Source: Eledone cirrhosa (Eukaryota). Taken from it: 64,000 bases of DNA. The DNA is taken from positions 7,254,001-7,318,000 of the forward strand of contig OZ024762.1 of assembly GCA_964016885.1 (NCBI GenBank). Reading direction: 5' to 3'. Shown in pieces: positions 13,589 to 26,344 of the stretch. The notes beneath the pieces were generated by a model, which did no database searches, was not told where the DNA came from, and saw only the letters and a program-made list of their open reading frames with translations. The position numbers and the translations under genes are program-made. Position 1 is the stretch's first letter, and each line of letters begins with the position of its first letter.

Positions 13589-14193
13589 TATATATATATA
13601 TGCAAAAAGTAAACAGAAATAACAAAGAAAACCACACAGTCAATAAAGAAAATATATTAGTTTAATGATTGATATAGCAGAAAAAGTCTTAACGTTTCAG
13701 ACACTAGTCCATCATCAGAAAGTAGAATGAGAAATTATAGATGAAATAAAAAGATAGAGAATGAAAAGAAGAAGGAACGGAAAAAAAATTTATTGAGAAA
13801 AAAAAGTCAGCCATTTTGTAGAAATGTGTGTGCACGCGCGCGTGTGTGTGTGTGTGTGTGTGCGCGTGTGTTATATTGAAAACATGACTCTGCTTCAGTT
13901 TGATCATCTTTATCATATTTGCTTATTAGTTTGTTATGTTTAGTTTGGAACAGTTGCATTTCTAATTCCATCTTCAGAATCAGAATGGTCATACCAGTGG
14001 TGTATTGGTCATGTGCTGAGCAGTGGTTATAAAGAATCATGGGAGTGGTAGGAAATCATGAATGCATGATTTTAAATTTCTCACCAATTGAAGTATGGGG
14101 GTTATGACATATCTGATAGTTAAGTTTTAGTTTATATTTTGATAATAGTAAAGGTACATGGCTTAGTGATAAGTGTGTTGGTCTTATGATAAT

Positions 14194-14378
14194 AATTGTT
14201 TCTACTTTTGGCACACGGGCAGCAATTACCCAGTACATTACTGGTACTTTATTTTATCGACCCCATAAGGATGAAAGGCAAAGTTAACCTCGGCGGGATT
14301 TGAGTTCAGATCGTAAAGGGACGTAACTCTTTGCGTCAAAGCATGGCGTCCGACCCTCTCCTGATACTGCCAATCCAC
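14194..14378 (-). mobile_element. SINE family A
   Basis: Reverse complement of the family A consensus. Confidence 0.9.
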
Positions 14379-14589
14379 ATAATGTTGTGTGTTTGATTCC
14401 TGGACTGGCTTGTGTGTTGTGTTCTTGAGGCAAAACAGTTCATTTCATGTTGCTACAGTATACTCAGCTAAAAATGATTACCAGCAATAGACTGACATCT
14501 TGTCAAGGGTGGGGAGGGGAGTCTTATACTCTCTGTTACTTCATGCCACAGAAACTGGGATAAACATTGGCCTGATAAGCCTCTGGGCA

Positions 14590-14790
14590 TCATTTTACGT
14601 CTGCTTTTCCCTGCTTGCAAGGGTGGGATGGGAACAGATTCTGGCTTGATTTCTACAGCTGGATGCTCTTCCTAACACCAACCTCATTTACAGTGAGTGC
14701 TGGGTGCTTTTTTTGCCGTGGCACCTCCACGACCACTTTGCAGTGGAATGATAGGGACCCCAGTCTCTATCATCTCATTTCTACAGCTGA
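14590..14790 (-). mobile_element. SINE family B, tail type 2 (5'-truncated)
   Basis: Reverse complement of 14925-15125. Confidence 0.85.
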
Positions 14791-14807
14791 GTATATATAT
14801 ATATATA

Positions 14808-15131
14808 TGGCTTAGTGGTTAGAGCATTGGCCTTGCAATCGAAAGGTTGTGAGTTCAATTCTCAGACCGGGTGATGTGTTGTTTCCTTGAGCAAGACACT
14901 TTATTTCACATTGCTCCAGTTTACTCAGTTGTAGAAATGAGATGATAGGACTGGGGTCCATATCATTCCACTGCAAAGTGGTCGTGGAGGTGCCACGGCA
15001 AAAAAGCACCCAGCACTCACTGTAAATGAGGTTGGTGTTAGGAAGGGCATCCAGCTGTAGAAATCAAGCCAGAATCAGTTCCCGTGTCCCACCCTTGCAA
15101 GCAGAGAAAAGCGGACATAAAATGATGATGA

Positions 15132-15135
<4 letters not shown>
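14808..15135 (+). mobile_element. tRNA-derived CORE-like SINE family B, tail type 2 ending in (TGA)n
   Basis: tggcttagtggttagagc A-box, gagttcaattc B-box, ccttgagcaagacact core, and 3' atgatgatg tail. Near-identical to 44447 and 61096. Confidence 0.9.
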
Positions 15136-15174
<39 letters not shown>

Positions 15175-15395
15175 AAGATTTATAAATAGAAATATTCAAG
15201 GGTTTTTCGGGTCTACATAGAAAAAGTTAGTACTGAAGCAGTGGCTACTGATCTCCCAAGCAAGCAAGGATCTATCGCCTTGCTTATATATGGTGTCACA
15301 TTCCATTGAGTGCACAAGAAGGATTCTCATGTCTTTGACACAACTGATGATCCTCCTGACACTTTTTTTGACAAGATTTCTATGGCTGAATGCTC

Positions 15396-15625
15396 TTCAT
15401 CATCATCATCATCACTGTTTTACGTCCGATCTTCCACGCTAGCATGGGTTAGACAGGTTGTCCTGTTGTGGACAGTGTCCAGTCGGCTGACCTTTTTCCA
15501 GCTCATACGGGAACTGATTCTGGCTTGATTTCTACAGCTGGATGCCCTTCCTAACACCAACCTCATTTACAGTGAGTGCTGGGTGCTTTTTTGCCGTGGC
15601 GCCTCTACGACCACTTTGCAGTGGG
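15396..15625 (-). mobile_element. SINE family B-related tail
   Basis: (CAT)n followed by the reverse complement of the family B tail. Confidence 0.8.
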
Positions 15626-16450
15626 AGGGTGTGGGGGCATATTGTCTATATGCTTGAGCTTTGGCTTGTTCCTGTGGGAGGTTGGATCTTCTGTATTACT
15701 GCGTGACACCAGATTATCACACACCTTTCCTATCACAAATTTGTTTATATAAAACAAAAAACTAAGTTGACATCAAAAGTGTTAAATATAAATGCTTTAA
15801 AGTAGATGGTTGTGTCAAAGACATTACAAACTATCTTGTGCTAGTGCCATGATAAAATGCACTCGGTAGAATGTAGGTAAGCAAAATACCAAACCCTGGC
15901 TTGTCTTGGAGATCAGTGGCCCTGCTTCGGTAATGTTACTCCAAAGACCCTTTGCAGGAACCCTATTCCGACTGTGTCTATTCACAATTGTATTCTTTCA
16001 GTCATTTCCAAGATTCATGACTATAGTATAGATAAGGACAGGTACAAACACCAATTTGAGGCATATTCATTAGAAATATGGTCAGGGAAAGTTAGAGTTC
16101 CTATTTAAATTAAAATCTAGTATAGTTATGACACCTGCTATCTGTGACCCATTCACTAGCAGAACAGCCCTGCTCAGAATTGTGGAAAAGCTGATATTTT
16201 AATATATATTTGCTATTCTAGTCAAAGACACTCTCTTGTGTTGTCTCTTATGCATCATTCCAGTGGCTTGTCCTAAGTTGCCATGCAACCTGGGGGTCTA
16301 TATTATGCAATGCCACTTATGCACAAATTACATTGCCCAGGGGTGGCTACAGAGGATGTTAGATGCTTTTGTTTATTCATCACACGTGTTATTTTTTTAT
16401 TTTGTTTATTTCACATGCAACGTTTCTCTCTCTCTCTCACTATATATATA

Positions 16451-16526
<76 letters not shown>

Positions 16527-16799
16527 CATACAGAGAAAGAGATGTATATATATATGTATCAAGATGGATACAGTAAGAAACTGGTTAGACCATTACTCAT
16601 ATGAGTAATGGTTGTTGCTCCCCCAACAAACCAGAAACTTTTGTAAAGATTCGTTACAATTGGATAGATAATGTATTCCCTTATTTGGACTAATGAATAC
16701 CTCCTGATGAAACAGTTTTTCCACTGCAAGTGCATCTGCGATTCAGTCTGGAACTAGCTGTTCAAACAGTAAGAGCTCAGCTGTCAGGATCCCAACTCT

Positions 16800-16836
<37 letters not shown>

Positions 16837-17017
16837 ATATATTTATGTATGTATACATATATATACATTATATATATATATGCACACATACACATATAGC
16901 GTATACACAGACACACACATATATATGTGCATTAAGATATCTAGCTAATGAAATAGCAGTGTGATAGGTGGATATCAACAAACAGTAGTCAATAAAAACA
17001 CTCATATTTTCCAGCAA

Positions 17018-17505
17018 AATAAAACAGCTATATATTGTAACAAAACAGATATATATTGTAATAAAACAGCTATATGTTGGAACAAAACAGCTATATATTG
17101 TAACAAAACAGCTATATGTTGTAATAAAACAGCTATAAATTGTAACAAAACAGCTATATGTTGTAATAAAACAGCTATAAATTGTAACAAAACAGCTATA
17201 TATTGTAGCAAAACAGCTATATATTGCAATAAAACAGCTATATGTTGTAGCAAAACAGCTATATATTGTAACAAAACAGCTATGTGTTGTAATAAAACAG
17301 CTATATATTGTAACAAAACAGCTATGTTCTAATAAAACAACTATATATTGTAACAACATTTACAGTTTATAACATAACAGTTATATATTATAACATAACA
17401 GTTATATATTATAACATAACAGTTATATATTATAACATAACAGTTATATATTATAACATAACAGTTATATATTATAACATAACAGTTATATATTATAACA
17501 TAACA
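17018..17505. repeat. 21-bp minisatellite (taacaaaacagctatatattg) grading into the variant ataacataacagttatatatt
   Basis: Directly visible tandem units. Produces the spurious NKTAIYC ORFs. Confidence 0.95.
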
Positions 17506-17519
17506 GTGATATGGGTTGG

Positions 17520-17850
17520 ATAGGTTCTATCCAACAGAATGTTCTTCCCATTTCTTCTTTTACCATCTCTGTCAGGTTCAACATCTTGAGATCAGCTCTC
17601 ACTACCTTAGAATTTTCCTTGCTCTTCCTCGGCATCCTTCCACTTGTCTCTTTCTTTTGCCATCTCCTTTGTGAAGTTCAGTATCCTCAGATTCCCATTT
17701 CACCATTCCTGCCTACGTCTACCTTGGACTACCTCTCTACCACATCTTTCTTTCACTTTGAACTGCTGACACTTTTTCAAGTAACAATCATCAGTCATAC
17801 ACATCACATGTCGGTACCAGCATAATCTCCTCTTGCATGCAGCATCTAAT
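17520..17850 (-). mobile_element. RTE-clade LINE 3' remnant
   Basis: The minus strand RRLCWYRHVMCMTDD is homologous to 12715-13080. Confidence 0.6.
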
Positions 17851-18152
17851 TCCTCTTGTAAGCCTCATTGTTTAAACCCACAGCAGATGGCACCTAGGAG
17901 TCATGACGTGGGTGATGTGACCCAGCCCCCTTAGAGTGTAAGAAGTTAAGGGCCAGCTCTAGATATCAAAGGGGTGGTGAGATACCAGGTGAACCATAAC
18001 GCACCAGAGTACTCAATACTTAGGGTAGTAGAGTGGGTAATAGGGGTCCTGACTCTATCCCCTATATATGTGTATGTTATATATATGTGTTTGTGTGTGT
18101 GTATGTATGTATGTAATTATATATATATATATATGTGTGAGTGTGTGTGTAT

Positions 18153-18222
<70 letters not shown>

Positions 18223-18229
18223 ATGTATA

Positions 18230-18908
18230 TATATATATACATATATATGTATGTATGAATGTATGCATGTGTATATATATGTATATGAATGTATATATAT
18301 ATATATACATATATATGTATGTATGAATGTATGCATGTGTATATATATGTATATGAATGTATATATATATATATACATATATATGTGTGTATGAATGTAT
18401 GCATGTGTATATATATGTATATGAATGTATATATATATATATACATATATATGTGTGTATGAATGTATGCATGTGTATATATATGTATATGAATGTATAT
18501 ATATATATATATACATATATATGTGTGTATGAATGTATGCATGTGTATATATATGTATATGAATGTATATATATATATACATATATATGTGTGTATGAAT
18601 GTATGCATGTGTATATATATGTATATGAATGTATGTATATATATATACATATATATGTGTGTATGAATGTATGCATGTGTATATATATGTATATGAATGT
18701 ATATATATATATATACATATATATGTATGTATGAATGTATGCATGTGTATATATATGTATATGAATGTATATATATATATATATACATATATATGTGTGT
18801 ATGAATGTATGCATGTGTATATATATGTATATGAATGTATATATATATATATATATACATATATATGTGTGTATGAATGTATGCATGTGTATATATATGT
18901 ATATGAAT

Positions 18909-18910
<2 letters not shown>
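18230..18910. repeat. Higher-order compound microsatellite (about 58-bp unit, about 12 copies)
   Basis: Recurrent gtatgaatgtatgcatgtgtatatatatgtatatgaatgt unit with variable (TA)n. Confidence 0.9.
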
Positions 18911-18940
<30 letters not shown>

Positions 18941-18941
18941 G

Positions 18942-19033
<92 letters not shown>

Positions 19034-19106
19034 AAGTAAACAGAAATAACAACACAATTGGTACAGTATATGGAAGGGATATATTAGGTTAATGCTTGAT
19101 ATAGCA

Positions 19107-19167
<61 letters not shown>

Positions 19168-19420
19168 CATTAACCCTTTTGAAAGCAATCCACCCAAAAT
19201 CTCATATTAAAACCTTCCAACATAATTTGATAAAGAATTTTTGTTGAAATAACATTTTAATAAGAAAGTAAAATTTGTCATTAATTATACAATGTATTTC
19301 ATTAGAAATATGGTCAGAAAAGATTAAAATTTTTATTTAAATTAAAACCTTCCAACATAATTTGATATAAGAACTTTCTGTTAAGTTAGGATAATAAATA
19401 CCATCTTAATAATGTTTTCT

Positions 19421-19981
19421 GATTTAAGCACAAGGCCAGTAATTTTTTTGGAGGAAGGGCAAAGTTGATTAACTTGACCCCTGTGTATTACTGGTACTTT
19501 ATTTTATCCACCCTGTAAGGATGAAAGGCAAAACTAACTTCAGTGGGATTTGAACTCAGAATGTAAAGGGCCGTAACTCTATGTGACAAAGCATGGTGTC
19601 TGATGCTCTACCAATACTGCCAATCCACTGACCTCATTTTAACAATTGTTTCTACTTTTGGGACAAGGCCTGCAATTACCGAGTGTATTACTGGTACTTT
19701 ATTTTATCGACCCCGTAAGGATGAAAGGCAAAGTTAACCCCGGCGGGATTTGAACTCAAATCATGAAGGGAGGTAACTCTATGCTGCAAAGCATGGCGTC
19801 CGACCCTCTAGCGATACTGCCAATCCACCACCCTTAATAATGATTTTAATAATTGTTTCTACTTTTGGCACAAGGCCAGTAATTATCCCAGTGTATTACT
19901 GGTACTTTATTTTATCGACCTTGTAAGGATGAAAGGCAAAGTTTAACCTCAGTGGGATTTGAACTCAGACCATAAAAGGCC
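19421..19981 (-). mobile_element. Three tandem SINE family A copies
   Basis: The reverse-complement family A consensus is repeated at about 19421, 19643 and 19850. Confidence 0.9.
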
Positions 19982-19994
19982 AATGAAATCCAGA

Positions 19995-20230
19995 CATCAC
20001 CAACTCTAATGCAGAGGAGAAGAAGATAGCTAAAAACTGGGACTTGACTGACCCCTATCTTTTTGTGACTGGTGTTGTTCAAAATCCTGGTGCCCCCAGT
20101 CTCTAAACAGCCGTTTTCATCCAAGAAACTTGGAGGTGTGCATCCCCACCTGAGAAAGTAGCCCTGCCAGGTAGCGTGGGTGATAAAGCGGGTGTCACTG
20201 GTTGTTCTCTATAGCATTACCATTGCCATT
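19995..20230 (+). mobile_element. CRE-clade non-LTR retrotransposon remnant (restriction-like endonuclease region, family 2)
   Basis: NAEEKKIAKNWDLTDPYLFV is homologous to the minus-strand AARNVE*KKIVKYRGLTDRYFF at 46840-46970 and to the KY...PVAFETFG region at 52230. Confidence 0.55.
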
Positions 20231-20427
20231 TTATCCACAAGGCACGGCTAAGACTTACTACCTAGACTGTGTTGTAGAATCGGCTGCTTCCCAATTTAAA
20301 TTTATTCCCTATATCCTTATCGTTAATTATTTTTTAATATACAAATAGGTGTTAATTAGATTTTAAGATATTAATATGGAATTGGTAAATGTCATAGTAA
20401 CCAATGGTGAAAGAGATATTAAAAATT

Positions 20428-20755
20428 GTAGTGTATTTCTGTGTTAGTGTAGTAAGGTATACAGTATATTTCTGTGTTAGTGTAGTAAGGTATACAGTAT
20501 ATTTCTGTGTTAGTGTAGTAAGGTATACAGTGTATTTCTGTGTTAGTGTAGTAAGGTATACAGTGTATTTCTGTGTTAGTGTAGTAAGGTATACAGTGTA
20601 TTTCTGTGTTAGTGTAGTAAGGTATACAGTGTATTTCTGTGTTAGTGTAGTAAGGTATACAGTGTATTTCTGTGTTAGTGTAGTAAGGTATACAGTATAT
20701 TTCTGTGTTAGTGTAGTAAGGTATACAGTGTATTTCTGTGTTAGTGTAGTAAGGA
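20428..20755. repeat. 33-bp minisatellite, about 10 copies
   Basis: gtgtatttctgtgttagtgtagtaaggtataca unit. Confidence 0.95.
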
Positions 20756-20819
20756 AAGGGATAAGCGGAAGAGATGTCAATGGATAGCTCCATGTTAAAC
20801 AAAGACCATGTCTACTACT

Positions 20820-21270
20820 AAATCAACAACTGTAACTGTAACAACAACAACAGTAACAACAATAATAAGAGCAACAACTATAACAATGACAACAATAACA
20901 ACAACAGTAACAGCAATAACAACAATAATAACAATAACAACAGCAGCAACAACTATAACAACAGCAGTAACAACAACAACTATAACAGCAACAGTAACAA
21001 CAACAACAACAATCATAATAAGAACAACAACAACAATAGCAACAGCAGCAACAACTGTAACAGCAACAGTTACAACAATCATAAGAACAACAACAACAAC
21101 AATAACAGCAACAGCAATAATAAAAGTAACAACAACAACAACAGCTACAACAATAGCAGCAACAACAAAAACAGCAACAGTACCAATAACAACAGCAAAC
21201 CATATCTGCTATTCAGTCAACAACAACAGCAACAACAACAACCCTAACAATAACAACTACAACAACATCA
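20820..21270. repeat. Cryptic (AAC)n/(AGC)n trinucleotide repeat
   Basis: Directly visible. Gives a poly-Thr ORF without splice support. Confidence 0.9.
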
Positions 21271-21513
21271 TATGTGTTCTTAAATTTTTATCAATCTGCA
21301 AAACATCAATTAAAAAACTACAAGTAAAAATTAAAAAAAATAATTAACAATAACATCACTAATTAATACTTTGAAAAATAATAAAACTAATTATAGCCAG
21401 CTACTAATTATTGAAGTATTTTATTTTTCTTATTAATTAATTGATATTATAATTATATTGTTGTTGTTTCCACTCTGATACATCCTTTTATATTTGGCCC
21501 CTTTTTCTTGCAG

Positions 21514-21596
21514 ACAACTCTGTTGGGACAGAAAATGATGAAAAACTGGGGATTCCCCCAAATACCGAAAGCTATATAATGACTGATACAGACATG
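21514..21596 (+). CDS. Internal coding exon (83 nt, phase 1 to 0) of an RTK-like gene
   Basis: Acceptor ctttttcttgcag| and consensus donor atg|gtaagt. The frame NSVGTENDEKLGIPPNTESYIMTDTDM joins in frame to the exon at 22883. Confidence 0.8.
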
Positions 21597-21924
21597 GTAA
21601 GTACAGCCAGCAACTATACAGTGTGTGTGGGGGGGGTCTGTATGTGTGGGTGTCTATATGTGTGTATGTATATGTATGTGTGTTTGTGTGTATGTATGTC
21701 TGTTTGTGTGTTTGTATGTGTGTCAATCTGTATGTATGTGTGTATGTATATGTATGTGTTTCTGTGTATGTATGTCTGTTTGTGTGTTTGTATGTGTGTC
21801 TGTATGTATGTGTGTATGTATGTGTGTTTTGTGTGTATGTATGTGTGTCTGTCTGTATGTATGTGTGTGTCTGTATGTGTATATATGTATGTGTCAGTCT
21901 GTATGTATGTGTGAATGTATGTGC

Positions 21925-22045
21925 TCACAGTGTACAAAACCATAGTTCTTTCAGCACTGTTGTACGGCAGTGAGTTGTGGCCCATGCTTGCTCACCAATT
22001 ATGCAAATTGGGATCCCTTTATCAAAGTCATTTGCACCAGATACT
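21925..22045 (+). mobile_element. RTE-clade LINE fragment
   Basis: VYKTIVLSALLYGSELWPM is the LLYG.E.W motif of RTE/BovB-type ORFs. Confidence 0.75.
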
Positions 22046-22146
22046 TAACCCTTTAGTATTTAAACCAGCTGTATCCAGCCAGATTTCTCTCACCTCTTTC
22101 TGTTCAAACCAGCCATAACTGGCCATCAATAATGATGAGGACAATA

Positions 22147-22295
22147 CAAGGATCAGCTGAAAAGTTCATAGGCTGACCAAGATATTCTCATGGAATGACC
22201 AAATGAGGTTTATTTTTCAACATAGTCCCTGGAAAAAAACAATGCAGTTATTAATACGAAGAGTTGAAACTAATGCTTGCAAGATTTCACAGCTC
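22147..22295. mobile_element. Truncated mariner-type MITE
   Basis: Homologous to the left part of 61891-62087. Confidence 0.7.
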
Positions 22296-22407
22296 TATGT
22301 GCAGTAAGCAATCCCCTTGATCTACTCCAGTTAAACAGATGACGAGGTATACATGTGCCTATTTTCCCTTTCGTGAAGCTACTTATCACAGTCTCTCCTT
22401 CATTACC

Positions 22408-22440
<33 letters not shown>

Positions 22441-22882
22441 AATGCAGTGTCATCTGTGGGAGATGTGGTTACTGTTTCTAGTAATTCAAGCAATCGTGTT
22501 ATGGTTCCTTGGTTGGCTGGTTTGTATATCCAGATTGTTCTTGTTTTGCTTCAAGTGTGTTTTCCATATAGTTTTAATGTTTTATTAAATACTTTGTTTA
22601 ATCTAGTTAATACGAAACATTGTGAAATATGTAATAAAAGAATGCAGTTTCAATGTGGTAGAAATATATAAAGGAAGAACACATTGATCATTTGTTTTTA
22701 TTTTGAACTCTTTCTGTTTCACATTTGAAAAGAGGGTAAAAACCCTGAAATATCATGTTGAAATATACTGGGTAAAGCATTATTTTGTTTTGTTTGTCAT
22801 CCTTTGCCCTTTATATATTTCTATCACATTGTACCAGCTTTTTGAAAATTATCATTCTTTTTATTTGTTTAATTTATTTCAG

Positions 22883-23737
22883 GGACATTCACAGAACAGG
22901 CTGGCAAAGTCATCAATTGGCAGTGAATTTACTGCTGAAGATGATCCAACTCCCTTACTAGAAGACGATAATACCTCAACCAATACTTCAGATTATCTAG
23001 AGCCATCAAAACTTGAAACTCCCAAATATCTAGAATTGATATCTGACAAACAGAACATGCCAGCTGGAAAGCAGGTTATTCGGGGTGCTCGACCAAAGAC
23101 AAATTCTACTTCGAGCTTCTGTAATTCTCCACCACTGCTTCCAGATAAATGTCAACAAAATGGATCCAAGCCAAATAATAACAACAACAATAATGAAAAT
23201 CTCACCAGTAATGGATCGACAAAATCAAAAGGTTCCACAGGAGCACGACGTAACTTCCAAGGTCTGCACTACGCTCAACTTGCAACATGCAGTACCGATT
23301 CTTCAGTTGATGAAAGCGATGATGAAAGTTGCACAGAGATGAACTACATAACACCTCAAGTGAGTATGTCCTGTACACTATTAAACCAGGTACAAAACGA
23401 ACCTGGACATCAACGGCATCTCAGCAAGCAGACATCTGCGTTGGCTCCACTCCGCAACAACTCATTGTCTAATGAAGGAATGTGGGTGAACAGTGGTTCT
23501 ATGGACAATCAAAACTCAAACAACTTCCTCTTTCATAACTCATGCGCATCACCAACCAAATTACAAGTTTGGGCAGACAAAAATAGGAATTTAGTCAGTA
23601 AGAACAATGCAGTTCTTGCTATTTCTGATTGCCCAGAATATATAAACACACCGCAGCCAAACTCATTGAACTATCCTTCTGGACAACAGACTGCGACAGG
23701 AACGCCTGTCTTCAGTTCACAGCCAACTCTTGTTTGA
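22883..23737 (+). CDS. Terminal coding exon: 284-aa Ser/Asn-rich cytoplasmic tail of a probable receptor tyrosine kinase (possibly ROS1/sevenless-like)
   Basis: Acceptor ttatttcag| at 22882 and a long non-repetitive ORF to TGA. Tyr motifs YLEP, YLEL, LHYAQL, YITP, YINT, and C-terminal PTLV. Coding status is well supported. Family identity is uncertain because no kinase exons are in the window. Confidence 0.85.
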   Translation, partial: GHSQNRLAKSSIGSEFTAEDDPTPLLEDDNTSTNTSDYLEPSKLETPKYLELISDKQNMPAGKQVIRGARPKTNSTSSFCNSPPLLPDKCQQNGSKPNNNNNNNENLTSNGSTKSKGSTGARRNFQGLHYAQLATCSTDSSVDESDDESCTEMNYITPQVSMSCTLLNQVQNEPGHQRHLSKQTSALAPLRNNSLSNEGMWVNSGSMDNQNSNNFLFHNSCASPTKLQVWADKNRNLVSKNNAVLAISDCPEYINTPQPNSLNYPSGQQTATGTPVFSSQPTLV

Positions 23738-23987
23738 TACAAATAGCTGGCACTATGACTTGTTCATTAATTCAATTGTCCATAATTAATTACTCTGTTA
23801 ATTAATTATGCTGTATAAAGAAACAGAGCTTTGATCATTAGTCATTACACAGCCACCGCAAACTCAAATTTCTTTCCGTTCATGTAACCGGATGAATCTT
23901 AGTTGGTTTTTATTGAAGAAGAAGAAAAAGAAATTTTTTTTCTAACAAAATAAACTATGAAGAAAAAAAGATGACAAATCACTTAGT

Positions 23988-23993
23988 AATAAA
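23988..23993 (+). promoter_or_regulatory. Candidate polyadenylation signal
   Basis: AATAAA 250 nt after the stop, with a GT-rich gtttgtttggt downstream. Another AATAAA lies at about 23949. The UTR may be longer. Confidence 0.3.
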
Positions 23994-24004
23994 CATTGAA
24001 ATAG

Positions 24005-24395
24005 AGTTTGTTTGGTACTCTGGAGATGCCACTGTAATATTGGTACTATACTAGTATAGATATAAGTTGGGTACGTACTCTGATGGTATTACAATTAGTT
24101 TGGTACATACTCTCATGGTATCACTAAGCGTTTGGTATGTACGGTGATAGTATTACAGAGAGTTTGGTATATAACCCAATGGTATTATAGCTAGCTTGTA
24201 CGTACCCTGATGGTATTACAGAGAATTTGGTATGTACTGTGATGGTATCGCTGTAAGGTTGGTACATATTACGATGGTATTGTTGTAAGTTTGGTACATA
24301 ATCCAATGGTATCACACATAATTTGGTAGATATTCTGAGAGTATCAATGTAAGTTTGGTACATATTCTGAGGATATCACAGAGAGTTTGGTATAT
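24005..24395. repeat. Degenerate about 32-bp tandem repeat
   Basis: ttggta recurs at 24100, 24132, 24164 and onward, with consensus about agtttggtacatactctgatggtattacagag. Confidence 0.8.
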
Positions 24396-24508
24396 ATGCA
24401 CTCTTGTAGTGTGATTGAGGTTCATTTTCATTGGTTCTAACTGGTCAAAATCTGCCACAAATTCTTGTAGTGTTGACAGACTATATCCTATGATATGTGA
24501 CATATAGT

Positions 24509-24782
24509 ATATACTGTATACACACACATAGAATATAAATATATCATATACTGTATACACACACAGAGAATATAAATATATCATATACTGTATACACACA
24601 CATAGAATATAAATATATCATATACTGTATACACACACAGAGAATATAAATATATCATATACTGTATACACACACATAGAATATAAATATATCATATACT
24701 GTATACACACACATAGAATATAAATATATCATATACTGTATACACACACAGAGAATATAAATATATCATATACTGTATACAT
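24509..24782. repeat. 37-bp minisatellite, about 7 copies
   Basis: atatactgtatacacacacatagaatataaatatatc unit. Confidence 0.95.
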
Positions 24783-25057
24783 AGTCTACAAGATTATGTC
24801 ATATATCATACACATATTACATAGTACAAATCATATATTGTATACAGAGTGTATAGAAGTTAGTTATTGTATACATCATATAAAGAATAAACTATACTGT
24901 TCATTTTTATATATAATATATATAATATATTGTATACACTGCATATAGAATAGATCATATCATATGTTGTATACATAGTATGTAGAATATATTATATACT
25001 GTATACATAGTATATATATACATATATACATACACACACACACATACACACACATAT

Positions 25058-25115
<58 letters not shown>

Positions 25116-25116
25116 A

Positions 25117-25150
<34 letters not shown>

Positions 25151-25947
25151 ACTGTATATATATAAAAGAAAGGTGTTACTTCAGACCAGCAGTGAAAACT
25201 CTTACTATGAAGAAGGTAGGGTTGATTTTGATAGAGACTGAAAATTTAATTGCTCACCCTCGTTAAAAACACTGAGTAATTAATAACCTTCAACCTTCAT
25301 TTGGCTTCTGCATTAATTAACAATGTTGTTTGCTACAAATTAAAGTGATTGTCTTTTTTTTTCCTTTTTATTAAATGTTTTTTTTTTAAATCGTTTGTCT
25401 TCGATCGATTATACGAAATCGTTTGTCTTCGATCAATAATACAAAATGATGTAGAGATAAAGGCTGTAAATAAGGAAAGAAAGGAAGAAAGAAAGAAAGA
25501 AAGGAAAACAGATGAAAATGAAACAATTTGTTCCTATCGAAGATGTAATTAATTAATTTGGTGTATTTTATTTTTAATGTGACTAACTAACAATGGTTGG
25601 TACATCCACCCTCATACCCCACCCCCATACCACTACCCATACCACACCCCACCCCATAACCCACCACCTCCACCTACTGCAATGTGATTACGCTCTACAG
25701 CGTATTATATGTTCTGCTATATGATAAAACGAAAAACTAAATATCATGGCATTATACACACACATGCATACACACATACATACATACATACTCATATATA
25801 TGTACATACATAGTCATATATATGTACATACATATAGGTGTGTGTGCATGTATATGAACATATAAATATATGTAAATATATATATGTGTGTGTATGATAA
25901 ACAATGAAAGAATAAAAGAATATAAATGTGCATTATTTCACTTTTAC

Positions 25948-25987
<40 letters not shown>

Positions 25988-26032
25988 ATATACACACACA
26001 TGCATATATGTATATATATATATACATTTGTG

Positions 26033-26064
<32 letters not shown>

Positions 26065-26174
26065 CATAGATTTATATTTATATATACATATGTGTATATA
26101 TATTATGTATATATATACATATACATATGTGTGTGCATGTATATATGTATGTATATATGCATATATATATATAC

Positions 26175-26230
<56 letters not shown>

Positions 26231-26280
26231 ACATATGTGTGCGTGTGTGTATGTATGTATATATGTATGCATATATATAC

Positions 26281-26344
<64 letters not shown>

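Noticed and set aside
14808-14880. tRNA genes at SINE heads
   Set aside because: A and B boxes are present but there is no complete cloverleaf, and the heads always continue into SINE bodies.
16695-16775. Hammerhead-like ctgatga...caaac agta (also 572-600, 27841 and 45189)
   Set aside because: The GAAA box or stems are broken, so these are at most decayed relics.
20808-21347. Mucin-like poly-Thr ORF
   Set aside because: It is a cryptic AAC repeat inside an intron, open in several frames and without splice signals.
22703-22882. N-terminal 60 aa of the 344-aa ORF, resembling a transmembrane segment
   Set aside because: It is T-rich intron sequence upstream of a clear acceptor at 22882, and the start codon is TTG.
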